Shown here piece after piece: positions 46,140-55,765 of a stretch of 64,000 bases of DNA. The stretch's first letter is position 1. Each line of letters starts with the position of its first letter. The DNA is from an uncultured Variovorax sp. (lineage in GTDB: Bacteria > Pseudomonadota > Gammaproteobacteria > Burkholderiales > Burkholderiaceae_C), in NCBI GenBank assembly GCA_966095775.1, contig CBHTTS010000001.1, forward strand, positions 4,408 through 68,407. The letters are read 5' to 3'. The translations under genes were made by a program, and so were the position numbers. The notes below the pieces were generated by a model that worked only from the letters and a program-made list of their open reading frames with translations, made no database searches and was not told the origin of the DNA.

Positions 46140-46354
46140 GGTGTGATGTCCTTTTCGTCGAAGCGATGCTTGCGGTGTTCCCGATGCCTGCACCATGCGC
46201 GCCCACCCTGCCGCGCGCTGGAGGACGGCGGCGCGGGCGCTTGAAGGAAATGTCCGAAACCGCCCCGCCGCGTCCGGGCAGCGTTCGGCTTTGCAAAAGG
46301 GAGGCTTTCGCAATCGCCAAACCACGGACGCGCGCGGCGGCATAGATTCGGTGC

Positions 46355-47518
46355 ATGAACCACGCGAACGACCAGAGCTTCCCCGAGATCCGCGATGCGG
46401 TGCGCAGCCTCTGCGCGCAGTTTCCCGACGCCTACTTCCGCCGCGTCGACGAGGCGCGCGCCTATCCGGCCGAATTCGTCGACGCGCTCACCCGCGCCGG
46501 CTGGATGGCCGCGCTGATCCCGCAGGACTACGGCGGCTCGGGCCTGGGCCTGACCGAGGCCTCGGTGATCATGGAGGAGATCAACCGCGCCGGCGGCAAC
46601 TCGGGCGCCTGCCACGGCCAGATGTACAACATGGGCACGCTGCTGCGCCACGGCAGCGAGGCGCAGAAGCGCGCCTACCTGCCGAAGATCGCCGACGGCA
46701 CGCTGCGGCTGCAGTCGATGGGCGTGACCGAGCCCACCACCGGCACCGACACCACGAAGATCAAGACCACGGCGGTGCGCAGGGGCGACCGCTACGTGGT
46801 CAACGGCCAGAAGGTCTGGATCTCGCGCATCCAGCATTCGGACCTGATGATCCTGCTCGCGCGCACCACCGCGCTCGCGGAGGTGAAGAAGAAGTCCGAG
46901 GGCATGTCGATCTTCATCGTCGACCTGCGCGAGGCCGTGGGCCAGGGGCTGACGGTGCGGCCGATCCCCAACATGGTGAACCACGAGACCAACGAGCTGT
47001 TCTTCGAGAACCTCGAGATCCCGGCCGAGAACCTGATCGGCGAGGAAGGCCAGGGCTTCCGCTACATCCTCGACGGGCTCAACGCCGAGCGCACGCTGAT
47101 CGCGGCCGAGTGCATCGGCGACGGCTACTGGTTCATCGACCGCGTGGCAGCCTACGCCAAGGAGCGCGTGGTGTTCGGCCGCCCGATCGGCCAGAACCAG
47201 GGCGTGCAGTTCCCGATCGCCGAGGCCTTCATCGAGGTCGAGGCGGCCAACCTGATGCGCTGGGAAGCCTGCCGCCGCTTCGACGCCCACCAGCACTGCG
47301 GCGCCCAGGCCAACATGGCCAAGTACCTGGCCGCCAAGGCCAGCTGGGAAGCGGCCAACGCCTGCCTGCAGTTCCACGGCGGCTTCGGCTTCGCCTGCGA
47401 ATACGACATCGAACGCAAGTTCCGCGAGACGCGGCTCTACCAGGTCGCGCCGATCTCCACCAACCTGATCCTGAGCTACGTGGCCGAGCACATGCTGGGC
47501 CTGCCGCGCTCGTTCTGA
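46355..47518 (+). CDS. Acyl-CoA dehydrogenase (resembles the ACAD of itaconate/methylsuccinate clusters)
   Basis: GVTEP..GTD, VNGQKVWISR, R.VFGRPIG.NQG, HGGFG; HGQMYNM.TLLR subfamily motif. Confidence 0.88.
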   Translation: MNHANDQSFPEIRDAVRSLCAQFPDAYFRRVDEARAYPAEFVDALTRAGWMAALIPQDYGGSGLGLTEASVIMEEINRAGGNSGACHGQMYNMGTLLRHGSEAQKRAYLPKIADGTLRLQSMGVTEPTTGTDTTKIKTTAVRRGDRYVVNGQKVWISRIQHSDLMILLARTTALAEVKKKSEGMSIFIVDLREAVGQGLTVRPIPNMVNHETNELFFENLEIPAENLIGEEGQGFRYILDGLNAERTLIAAECIGDGYWFIDRVAAYAKERVVFGRPIGQNQGVQFPIAEAFIEVEAANLMRWEACRRFDAHQHCGAQANMAKYLAAKASWEAANACLQFHGGFGFACEYDIERKFRETRLYQVAPISTNLILSYVAEHMLGLPRSF

Positions 47519-47525
47519 GGCCTCC

Positions 47526-48893
47526 ATGAACCACGACCTTCGAGACCATCCGAGCCGCGCGCTGGCGAGCTTCGCGGCCGGACTGCAGCCGGCCGACATT
47601 CCCGCGCCGGTCCGCAGCCGCGCCGAGGACCTGATCGTCGACTGGCTCGGCTCGGTGCTCGCGGCGCGCAGCGCGCGGCCGGTGCAGAGCATCGAGCGCT
47701 TCGCACGCGCGATGGGCCCGGCCGAGGGCCCGAGCGAGCTGCTGACCTCGCGCCGCACGAGCTCGCCGCTGTTCGCGGCGCTGGTCAACGCGGCGGCCTC
47801 GCATTACGTCGAACAGGACGACGTGCACAACGGCTCGGTGTTCCATCCCGCGGCGGTGGTGATCGCGCCCGCGCTCGCGGTGGCGCAGAGCCTCGGCGCG
47901 AGCGGCGCGCAGCTGCTCGCGGCGGTGGTCGCGGGCTACGAGGTCGGCATCCGCGTCGGCGAGTTCCTCGGCCGCTCGCACTACAAGGTGTTCCACACGA
48001 CAGCCACCGCGGGCACGATCGCCGCCGCGGCGGCCGCGGGCCGCCTGCTCGGGCTGGGGCCGCAGCAGATGCTGCATGCCTTCGGCTCGGCGGGCACGCA
48101 GTCGGCCGGGCTCTGGGAGTTCCTGCGCGACGCCGCCGATTCCAAGCAGCTGCACTGCGCCCACGCGGCCGCGAGCGGGCTGATGTCGGCGTACCTCGCG
48201 CAGGACGGCTTCACCGGCGCGGCGCGGATCCTCGAGGGCGCACAGGGCCTCGCGGCCGGCATGTCGCGCGACGCCGATCCGGCGCGGCTCACCGACCGCC
48301 TCGGCACGCGCTGGGCGCTGGCCGAGACCTCGTTCAAGTACCACGCCTCGTGCCGCCACACGCACCCCGCGGCCGATGCGCTGCTGCAGGTGATGGCGAC
48401 CCACGCGCTGCGCCCGGCCGACGTGGCGCGGGTGACCGCGCACGTGCACCAGGGCGCGATCGACGTGCTCGGCCGCGTGACGGTGCCGGCCACGGTGCAC
48501 CAGGGCAAGTTCTCGATGGGCACCGTGCTCGGCCTGATCGCGGTGCACGGCCGCGCCGGCCTCGGCGAGTTCGACCGCGACTTCCTCGCGCCAGAGGTGG
48601 CGGCCTTCCGCGACAAGGTGACGATGGCACTCGACCCCGAGGTCGATGCCGCCTACCCCGCGCGCTGGATCGGCAAGGTCGAGGTGCGCACCACCGACGA
48701 CCGCGTGCTGCACGGCCGCGTCGACGAGCCCAAGGGCGACCCGGGCAACAGCCTGAGCCGCGCGGAGATCGAGGACAAGATGCAGCGCCTCGCGCACTAC
48801 GGCGAAGGAGTGACGGCCGACGAGGCGAAGGCGCTGTGCGAGCGCATCTGGGCGCTCGAGGCGGCGCCGCGCGTGGGGCGCTGGCTGGGCTAG
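47526..48893 (+). CDS. MmgE/PrpD family protein
   Basis: SH..EQDD.H, HP, GYE, FHTT, SKQLH, K.HASCRHTH, PKGDP. Confidence 0.92.
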   Translation: MNHDLRDHPSRALASFAAGLQPADIPAPVRSRAEDLIVDWLGSVLAARSARPVQSIERFARAMGPAEGPSELLTSRRTSSPLFAALVNAAASHYVEQDDVHNGSVFHPAAVVIAPALAVAQSLGASGAQLLAAVVAGYEVGIRVGEFLGRSHYKVFHTTATAGTIAAAAAAGRLLGLGPQQMLHAFGSAGTQSAGLWEFLRDAADSKQLHCAHAAASGLMSAYLAQDGFTGAARILEGAQGLAAGMSRDADPARLTDRLGTRWALAETSFKYHASCRHTHPAADALLQVMATHALRPADVARVTAHVHQGAIDVLGRVTVPATVHQGKFSMGTVLGLIAVHGRAGLGEFDRDFLAPEVAAFRDKVTMALDPEVDAAYPARWIGKVEVRTTDDRVLHGRVDEPKGDPGNSLSRAEIEDKMQRLAHYGEGVTADEAKALCERIWALEAAPRVGRWLG

Positions 48894-49606
48894 GCGAACA
48901 GCCTCCCCTGCCCCGGCGACCGCGCATCGAGCCCCGCGGTGCACACCAGGTCCCAGAAGCCCGCGGGCGAACTCGAGACCACGGGCACGCCGAGCTGCGC
49001 CTCGACCTCGCGCACCGCGTCGAGCGTGACCAGGCCGCCGCAGGAGATCAGGATGCCGTCGGCGCCGGGCTGCGCGTCGAACACGCGCAGGCAGAGGTCG
49101 ACCAGCACCTGCGTGGGCACGCGGCCGACGGCCTGCACGTCGGAAATGGCGAGGCCTTCGAGCGCGAGCGGCTCGAAGCCGCTGTCGTCGAGGTAGCGGC
49201 GCAGCTGCGCATTGACCTCGTCGATGTAGGCCGTGGCCACGGCGACGCGCCGTACGCCGAGGTGGCGCAGCGCGCCGACGATGGCGTTGCTCATCGTCGT
49301 GCACGGCAGCCCGGTGGCGCGCGCCATCTCGGCCTGGAGCTCGACGTTGAAGGCCGCGCCGCGGAAGAAGCTCAGCGAGGTACCCATGAGCGAGACCGCG
49401 GCCGCGCCCTCGGCCTTGAGCGCCACGGCCTTCCCGACCACCGAGTCGATGACCTCGGTGTAGCCGCGGGTGGAGATCTCGCCGAGGCCGAGGCCGAGCG
49501 CGCTGAAGCGGATGTGCCCGCCGTAGAGCAGCGGCCCGTCCACGGGCACCGCGCCGGCGGCCGGCGGAACGATCAGGCCCAGGTGCGCGGATGCGGTCGT
49601 CGTCAT
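48890..49606 (-). CDS. Arylmalonate decarboxylase (AMDase)
   Basis: IVPPAAG.VP.DG..LY, GLGLG, SLMGTSLSF.RG (Gly74 equivalent), PCTTMS, ATAYID, ISCGGL (Cys188 equivalent), VVSSSPAGFW; closely matches the Bordetella AMDase sequence as recalled. Confidence 0.88.
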   Translation of the reverse strand: MTTTASAHLGLIVPPAAGAVPVDGPLLYGGHIRFSALGLGLGEISTRGYTEVIDSVVGKAVALKAEGAAAVSLMGTSLSFFRGAAFNVELQAEMARATGLPCTTMSNAIVGALRHLGVRRVAVATAYIDEVNAQLRRYLDDSGFEPLALEGLAISDVQAVGRVPTQVLVDLCLRVFDAQPGADGILISCGGLVTLDAVREVEAQLGVPVVSSSPAGFWDLVCTAGLDARSPGQGRLFA

Positions 49607-50623
49607 CTACTTGCCCTCGGCCACGATCTGCTGCTCGGCGATCAGGCGCTGCCAGCGCTTCGTCTCCTCGGCCAGGTCCTTGCCGAGCTGCGCCGGGGTG
49701 GCGTAGGCGCGCAGCGTGCCCTGGGCGGCCGCGGCGGCGCCGGCCTCGGGCGTGTCGAGCACGGTCTTCACCGCGGCCGAGAGCTTGTCGACGATCTCGT
49801 CGGGCGTGCCGGCCGGCGCGAGCACGAAGATGCGCGGCGCGACGTCGAAGCCCGGCAGCGCCTCGGCGAGCGCGGGCACGCCCTCCGCGCCCTCGAGCCT
49901 GGCGGTGTTCATCAGACCGATGGCGCGCAGCTTGCCGGCCTTGGCCTGGGCCATGCCGGCGGTGGCGCTGACCACGCCGATCGGCACCTGGCCGCCGACC
50001 ACGTCGGGCACGATCTGCGCGGCGCCGCGGTAGGGCACGTGCACCACGCGGCTGCCGCTCATCTGCTTGAGCATCTCGAAGCCGAGGTGGTGCACCGTGC
50101 CGACGCCCGAGGTGGCGTAGGAATAGCGGCCCGGCTGGGCCTTGAGCGCCTTGACGAACTCGGCCGGCGTCTTGGCCGGGAAGTCGTTGCCCGTGACGAT
50201 CATCAGCGGCGAGATGAACGCTCCCGCCACCGGCCTGAAGCTGGTGAGCGGATCGATCGCGATCTCGGGGCGCAGCAGCTTGGCGGCGAGCAGCGCGCTG
50301 TCGCCCATCATCAGCGTGTAGCCGTCGGGCGCCGACTTGGCGACGTACTCGGCCGCGATCAGGCCGGTGGCGCCGGTGCGGTTGTCGACCATCACCTGCT
50401 GGCCCAGCACCGTCGCGAGGCGCGTGCCGAGCAGGCGCGCGACCGCGTCGACGCCGCCGCCGGCCGAGTAGCCGACGACGAGCCGGATCGGCTTGTCGGG
50501 GTACTTCTGGGCCCAGGCCGCGGGTGCGGCGAGCGCGCCCGCGAGGCCCAGCGCGAGGGCAACCCGCAAGGCGCCGCGGCGCGCGCCGCGGGAGGGAAGG
50601 TCGTGGCTGGCTTTCATCGTCAT
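49607..50623 (-). CDS. Bug/TctC substrate-binding protein
   Basis: YPDKPIRLVVGYSAGGGVD, DNRTGATG, APDGYT, HVPYRGAA. Confidence 0.93.
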   Translation of the reverse strand: MTMKASHDLPSRGARRGALRVALALGLAGALAAPAAWAQKYPDKPIRLVVGYSAGGGVDAVARLLGTRLATVLGQQVMVDNRTGATGLIAAEYVAKSAPDGYTLMMGDSALLAAKLLRPEIAIDPLTSFRPVAGAFISPLMIVTGNDFPAKTPAEFVKALKAQPGRYSYATSGVGTVHHLGFEMLKQMSGSRVVHVPYRGAAQIVPDVVGGQVPIGVVSATAGMAQAKAGKLRAIGLMNTARLEGAEGVPALAEALPGFDVAPRIFVLAPAGTPDEIVDKLSAAVKTVLDTPEAGAAAAAQGTLRAYATPAQLGKDLAEETKRWQRLIAEQQIVAEGK

Positions 50624-50660
50624 CGTGTCTCCGTCGTTGTTGTCATGGTCCGGCAGGCGC

Positions 50661-51815
50661 TCAGGCCTTGCCCTTGCCGCGCGAGGTCGGCAGCTTCGCG
50701 AGCTCGCGCACGCGATCGGCATTGGGCGTGAAGCCCAGGCCCGGCGCCTCGGGCAGTGTGAGCCAGCCCTGGTCGGGCACGGGCAGGCCGTCGAAGACCT
50801 GCTTGAGCATCTGAACCGCCACGTAGTGGTATTCGACCAGCCCGCCGTTCGACACGCCCGCATGCAGGTGCATGTTGTGGAAGGGCCAGGCGCCGCCGTT
50901 GTCGATCGGCACGTTGAAGGCCGCGGCCATGCCCGCGATCTTGAGCACCTGCGAATAGCCGCCCGAGATGGTCACGTTGGGCTGCAGCACGTCGGTCGCC
51001 TGCTGCACGAGCAGGTCGCGGAAGCGGAAGGCCAGGCCCTCGTTCTGGCCGCAGGCGAGCGGAATGCGCGTGCGCGTGCGCAGCTGGGCCATCTGGCGCA
51101 CGTCGTTCTGCGTCAGCGGCTCCTCGAAGAAGCTGATGCCGTAGGGCTCGATGCGCTGCGCGAGCTCGCTCGCGTGGAACAGGTCGAGGCCGCAGTTGGC
51201 GTCGACGTAGAGCTTCACGTCGGGGCCCACGGCCTCGCGCACGGCCGCGACGCGGCGCACGTCCTCGGCGATCACCTCGTCGAGCGGGCGCGGCTCGTCG
51301 CGGCGCGCGAGCGCATGGTTGCCGACCGTCATCTTCAGCCTGCGGAAGCCCTGCGAGACCCAGAGCTTCGCGGCCGCGGCGAGCTGGTCGCGCTCGAAGA
51401 AGCCGAAGCCGAAGGTGGCGTACACCGGCACCTTCGCGCGCGCGCCGCCGAACAGGCGCCACAGCGGCTGGCCCAGCGCCTTGCCCTTGAGGTCCCAGAG
51501 CGCGATGTCGAGCGCCGCGATGGCATGGCTCGCGTAGCCGGTCTGGCCGCGCGGGGAGAGCAGCCAGTAGAGCTTCTCCCACAGGCGCTCGGTGGCCAGC
51601 GGGTCCTCGCCCACGAGCGCCGGGCCCGCGACCTCGCGCACGGCGGCGGCGATGACTTCCTCCTCGGTGATGGCGGTCATGCCGTGGCCGACCAGGCCGG
51701 TGTCGGTCTCGATCTCGGTCAGGCAGAGCGAGAGCGAGGTCTCTTTGTTGAGGCCCACCACGTCGATGGTGACGGGAATGTTCAGCGGCGTGGCGCTGAC
51801 GCGAACGATCTTCAA
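50661..51815 (-). CDS. Mandelate racemase/muconate lactonizing enzyme (enolase superfamily), TTG start
   Basis: AAGGAG RBS; AIAALDIALWDLKGKALGQP, KMT, VDAN, FEEP, GQNE, VEYH, PEAPGLG. Confidence 0.92.
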   Translation of the reverse strand: MKIVRVSATPLNIPVTIDVVGLNKETSLSLCLTEIETDTGLVGHGMTAITEEEVIAAAVREVAGPALVGEDPLATERLWEKLYWLLSPRGQTGYASHAIAALDIALWDLKGKALGQPLWRLFGGARAKVPVYATFGFGFFERDQLAAAAKLWVSQGFRRLKMTVGNHALARRDEPRPLDEVIAEDVRRVAAVREAVGPDVKLYVDANCGLDLFHASELAQRIEPYGISFFEEPLTQNDVRQMAQLRTRTRIPLACGQNEGLAFRFRDLLVQQATDVLQPNVTISGGYSQVLKIAGMAAAFNVPIDNGGAWPFHNMHLHAGVSNGGLVEYHYVAVQMLKQVFDGLPVPDQGWLTLPEAPGLGFTPNADRVRELAKLPTSRGKGKA

Positions 51816-51892
51816 GGTTGTCTCCTTTCGGTGTGGGCGCATCTTTGCGCGCCCGCCGCGGGAGAACAATTCGTTTTTGGCGAGCGCGAGGC

Positions 51893-51907
51893 TTCGCGCG
51901 GCGCGAA
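51893..51907. promoter_or_regulatory. LysR recognition box upstream of the enolase-Bug-AMDase operon
   Basis: Palindrome TTCGCG-CGG-CGCGAA (T-N11-A). Confidence 0.5.
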
Positions 51908-51928
51908 AGCTCGCGGGTCCCCGCCTGC

Positions 51929-52816
51929 TCAGTCGGGCCGGCCCAGGTGGTCGAGCACCGAGCGCGCGGCCACGGTCAGCTCCTGCACCCGGCGCACGCA
52001 CAGCAGGTGCCGGCGCGCGGCCCAGGGCGCGTCGAGCTGCAGGCAGCGCAGCCGCAGGATCTGCAGCTGCGGCACGATCGCGGCATAGGGCAGCAGGCCG
52101 ATGCCCACGCCCTGCTCGACCATGCGGCAGACCATGTCGAAGCTGCCGACCTGCATGCGCACCTTGAGCGGCAGCTGCGCCTCGAGCGCGGCGTCCACCA
52201 GCACGCGGTGCAGCGCCGTGCCTTCGCGGACCACGATATGGTCGTGGCGCAGCACTTCCTCCACGCCGATGCGGCGGCGCCGCGCGAGCGGATGGTCGCG
52301 CGCGACCACCACCGCGAGCTCGTCGCTGCGGTACGGCAGGCATTCGAGGCCTTCGGCGGGCGTGCGGCCCTCGATCACGCCGATGTCGGCGAGCCCGGCG
52401 TGCACCGCCCTGACGACCTCGGTGCTCGCGCGCTCCTGCAGGTCGATCTTGAGCACCGGATGCAGGCGCAGGAACGAGCCGATCTGCGCCGGCAGGAACT
52501 GCGCGATCGCCGAGGCGTTGGCGGTGATGCTGACCACGCCCGCGACGCCGTTCTGGAAGTCGTCGAGCTCGGCACCGAGCCGGTCCATGGCCGAGAGGAC
52601 GGCGCGCGCATGCAGCAGCAGGCCGTGGCCCGCGGCGGTCAGCGTGACGCCGCGTGCGTGCCGCACCAGGAGCGGCAGCTTCGCGCGCGCCTCGAGGTCG
52701 GAGATGCGCTTGCTCGCGGCCGCGAGCGCGATGTGGCAGCGCTTGGCGCCCTCGCTGATGCTGCCGTGGTCGGCCACGGCGACGAAGAGGCGGAGCGACT
52801 TGAGGTCGGCGGACAC
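51929..52816 (-). CDS. LysR family regulator
   Basis: DLKSLRLFVAVA..GSI..GA....ALAAASKRISDLE; full-length effector domain. Confidence 0.93.
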   Translation of the reverse strand: MSADLKSLRLFVAVADHGSISEGAKRCHIALAAASKRISDLEARAKLPLLVRHARGVTLTAAGHGLLLHARAVLSAMDRLGAELDDFQNGVAGVVSITANASAIAQFLPAQIGSFLRLHPVLKIDLQERASTEVVRAVHAGLADIGVIEGRTPAEGLECLPYRSDELAVVVARDHPLARRRRIGVEEVLRHDHIVVREGTALHRVLVDAALEAQLPLKVRMQVGSFDMVCRMVEQGVGIGLLPYAAIVPQLQILRLRCLQLDAPWAARRHLLCVRRVQELTVAARSVLDHLGRPD

Positions 52817-52827
52817 GGCGGCGGCGC

Positions 52828-53115
52828 TCAGGGCGCGACGAGGTGGTCGAACAGCGCGCGCGCCGAGGCCGGCAGCTGCCGCGTGAGGAAGCCCGCGAGC
52901 TTGCGCGGCAGGTACTCGGTGATCGAGGTGGTGTTGGCGAACACCCGCACGTGGCCCTTGATGCCCTGGCCGAAGTCCTGCATGTCGCAGCGCAGGTGCT
53001 CCATCTGCTGCATCGCGAGCGAGATGCAGGCCTTCTCGGCGCCGCGCGTGAGGCTGCGCGCGTCGGCCACGTGGACGAAGAGCTTGAGGTCGAACAGGTC
53101 GAAATGCAGGTTCAC
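52828..53115 (-). pseudogene. LysR relic with two in-frame internal deletions (95 aa)
   Basis: HFDLFDLKLFVHVADARSLTRGAEKACISLA joins directly to QQMEHL...GHVRVFANTTSITEYLP...FLTR, then to the C-terminal LPASARALFDHL. Confidence 0.75.
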
Positions 53116-53135
53116 CGGGCTTCGCCTCCGCCCCG

Positions 53136-54011
53136 CTATTGCCGCGCGGTGCGGATGTTCGGCGGCAGCGCTTGCGGCCAGCTGGTGCGGAAGGGATTGA
53201 TGTCGAGGCCGCCGCGGCGCGTGTAGCGCGCGTAGACCGCGAGCTTGTTGGGCTGGCAGCGCTGCCAGATGTCGGTGAACATGCGCTCGACGCAGGGCTC
53301 GTGGAATTCGTTGTGGTTGCGGAAGCTCACGATGTACGCGAGCAGTCCCGCCTGGTCGATCGCCGGGCCGCTGTAGCGGATCTGCACGCTGCCCCAGTCG
53401 GGCTGGCCGGTGACGAGGCAGTTGCTCTTGAGCAGCCGGCTCGTGAGCGTCTCGTTCACGGGCGGCTGGCTGGTGTCGCTCGACAGCAGCTCGGGCGCGG
53501 GCTGGTAGTGGCTGCACTCGATGTCGAGGCGGTCGAGGTCGAGGCCGTCGAGCTCGTGCACCGGCTCGCGGTCGAACATGTCGGGCGCGAGCAGCTTCAC
53601 GCCGATGCCCGCGGACTGGCCGCTGCCGCGCCAGAGCGCCTCGGCGAGGTCGGCGCGCAGCCGGTCGCGCACCGCCTCGATGTTCGCGAAGGGCGTGCTG
53701 TTGAAGCTGTTGAGGTAGAGCTTGAAGGACTTGCTCTCGATGATGTTGGGCGTCTCGCAGGGGATCGTGAAGTGCGCGATCGCGAGCTGCGGCTTGCCGC
53801 GCAGGTTGAGCCAGCTGACCTCGAAGGCGGTCCAGAGGTCGGCGCCGAAGAAGGGCAGCGCGCCGCTGCGGATGCCCATGGCCTCGCGCTGCGTGGCGCG
53901 CGGAATCGGGAACAGCAGCGCCGGGTCGTAGCGGTCGGCATAGGCCGAGGCGCGGCCGAGCTGCGACTGCTCGGGCGTGTTGGGGTTCGGTGGGATGTTG
54001 TCGAGGCTCAT
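53136..54011 (-). CDS. queF: NADPH-dependent 7-cyano-7-deazaguanine reductase (two-domain)
   Basis: [47 protein letters not shown]. Confidence 0.96.
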   Translation of the reverse strand: MSLDNIPPNPNTPEQSQLGRASAYADRYDPALLFPIPRATQREAMGIRSGALPFFGADLWTAFEVSWLNLRGKPQLAIAHFTIPCETPNIIESKSFKLYLNSFNSTPFANIEAVRDRLRADLAEALWRGSGQSAGIGVKLLAPDMFDREPVHELDGLDLDRLDIECSHYQPAPELLSSDTSQPPVNETLTSRLLKSNCLVTGQPDWGSVQIRYSGPAIDQAGLLAYIVSFRNHNEFHEPCVERMFTDIWQRCQPNKLAVYARYTRRGGLDINPFRTSWPQALPPNIRTARQ

Positions 54012-54016
54012 GGCGT

Positions 54017-54907
54017 TCAGTGTTCTTCGGCCGCATGCAGGAACGGCGCGATGTGGTGGACGAGGATGGCGCAGACCTCTGGCGGCAGGTCGTGGCCCAT
54101 GCCCGGGACGGGAACGAACTTCGCGCCGGGGATGCGCTTGGCGGTGTCGATGCCGCAGGCGATCGGCACCAGCGCGTCGTCCTCGCCGTGCAGCACCAGC
54201 GTCGGGCACTGGATGCGCGGCAGCAGCGCGGGGCGCTCGGTGTCGGCGCCGATCGCGAGCATCTGGCGGAAGATGCCCGACGGGCGATAGGCGCGCCGCA
54301 TGCTGAACTTGAGGCGCTGGGCGAGCCGCTCGTCGCTCTCGGGGTACGCGGGACTCTGGATCAGCCGCAGCAGCCGGATGCTGTGGGCCACGAGCGCGGC
54401 CTCGCTGCCGCCGAGCGGACGGCGCAGCAGCATCGCGGCCACCTCGGCCTTCGGTCCGGGCAGGCCGCGCGCGCCGCTCGAGCTCATGATGCTCACGAGC
54501 CGCCGCACGCGATCGGGCGCCTCGGCCGCGATGTGCTGGGCGATCATGCCGCCCATCGAGGCGCCGATCACGTGCGCGCGTTCGATGCCGAGCGCATCGA
54601 GCACGCCGAGCGAATCTCGCGCCATGTCGGCCAGCGTGTAGGGCGAGCGCACCGGCAGGCCGAACTTCTGGCGGATGCTCTCCCAGACGATGTTGCCGTT
54701 GCCGGCACGGTCGAAGCCGTCGCTCAGCCCCGCATCGCGGTTGTCGTGGCGCACCACGCGGAAGCCCGCGTCGACCAGCCCCTGCACGAAGTCCTGCGGC
54801 CAGCCGACCAGCTGCATGCCCAGACCCATGATCAGCAGCACGACGGGACGGCCTTCGCCGCCGGTGTCGTCGACTTCGATCTGCAGGCCGTTGGCGTGGA
54901 GCTTCAT
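54017..54907 (-). CDS. Alpha/beta hydrolase
   Basis: [29 protein letters not shown]. Confidence 0.92.
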   Translation of the reverse strand: MKLHANGLQIEVDDTGGEGRPVVLLIMGLGMQLVGWPQDFVQGLVDAGFRVVRHDNRDAGLSDGFDRAGNGNIVWESIRQKFGLPVRSPYTLADMARDSLGVLDALGIERAHVIGASMGGMIAQHIAAEAPDRVRRLVSIMSSSGARGLPGPKAEVAAMLLRRPLGGSEAALVAHSIRLLRLIQSPAYPESDERLAQRLKFSMRRAYRPSGIFRQMLAIGADTERPALLPRIQCPTLVLHGEDDALVPIACGIDTAKRIPGAKFVPVPGMGHDLPPEVCAILVHHIAPFLHAAEEH

Positions 54908-54920
54908 CGGGCCGGCTGCC

Positions 54921-55763
54921 TCAACGGAACTCGCGCTCGCGCAGCCACTTGGTGGCGACCCATTTCTCGCCCGCGAGCACCGGCGCGCCGCCGTGCAGCG
55001 TGCGGGTCGCCGGATCGGGCTCGTCGTAGCTGAAGAACACGCCGGTGCCGCGCACGGGCGCGACTTCGAGGCCGACGTCCGGGAAGGTGGTGGCGCCGCC
55101 CTTCTCGGGCTCCTGCAGGTACATCACGAGCGTGCCGACGCGCTGGCCGCCGCGCTTGAGGATGGTCGGCGTGCCGGGCTCGTCGGGATCGAAGTAGTCG
55201 TAGTGCGGCCGGTACTGGGCGCCGGGCGCGTAGCGCAGGATCTGCAGGCCCTCGCCGAACTCGACCGGCCAGCGCAGCAGGCGGGCGATGCGCGCCTCGA
55301 GGCGCGTGACGCACTCGTTCTCGCCGCGCTCGAAGAACATGCCCTCGCTCGTGCGGTCGACGTTGAGCACCTCGCCGCCGGTGCGGGTCTCGACCGTGAG
55401 CGAGCGCGCGAGCCGCACGCGCGCGGCGGCGATCAGCGTCTCGCACTCCTCGGGCGAGACCAGGTTGCCGAACACGACGACGCGCGGATGCTGCAGGGTC
55501 TGCAGCACCTGCACGCGGCGGTCGCCCGCGTCGATGTAGAGCGGCGAGCCGTCGAGATCGGGGCCGGGCATCTCGGTGCGCCGGGGCCGCCGCGCGGCCT
55601 CGACCTGCGGAAAGCCGGCCTCGAGCTGCGCGAGCGCCAGCTCGGTGGCGGCGTCCTGCCAGCCGGCCGCGCGCATCGAGGCGCGCAGCGCGGGCACCGA
55701 GTGCCCTGCCGCGAGCTGCGACACCAGCCATTCCCGCAGTTCGGGACTGATCGCTTGGGACAT
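54921..55763 (-). CDS. 2OG-Fe(II) oxygenase, prolyl 4-hydroxylase-like
   Basis: RTS.G, GEGLQILRY, HYDYF, GG.T.FP, TLHGGAPV..GEKW. Confidence 0.9.
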   Translation of the reverse strand: MSQAISPELREWLVSQLAAGHSVPALRASMRAAGWQDAATELALAQLEAGFPQVEAARRPRRTEMPGPDLDGSPLYIDAGDRRVQVLQTLQHPRVVVFGNLVSPEECETLIAAARVRLARSLTVETRTGGEVLNVDRTSEGMFFERGENECVTRLEARIARLLRWPVEFGEGLQILRYAPGAQYRPHYDYFDPDEPGTPTILKRGGQRVGTLVMYLQEPEKGGATTFPDVGLEVAPVRGTGVFFSYDEPDPATRTLHGGAPVLAGEKWVATKWLREREFR

Positions 55764-55765
55764 GT

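Noticed and set aside
622-50623. Four Bug/TctC genes without TctA/TctB
   Set aside because: Orphan Bug expansion is well established in Betaproteobacteria and is not novel in itself.
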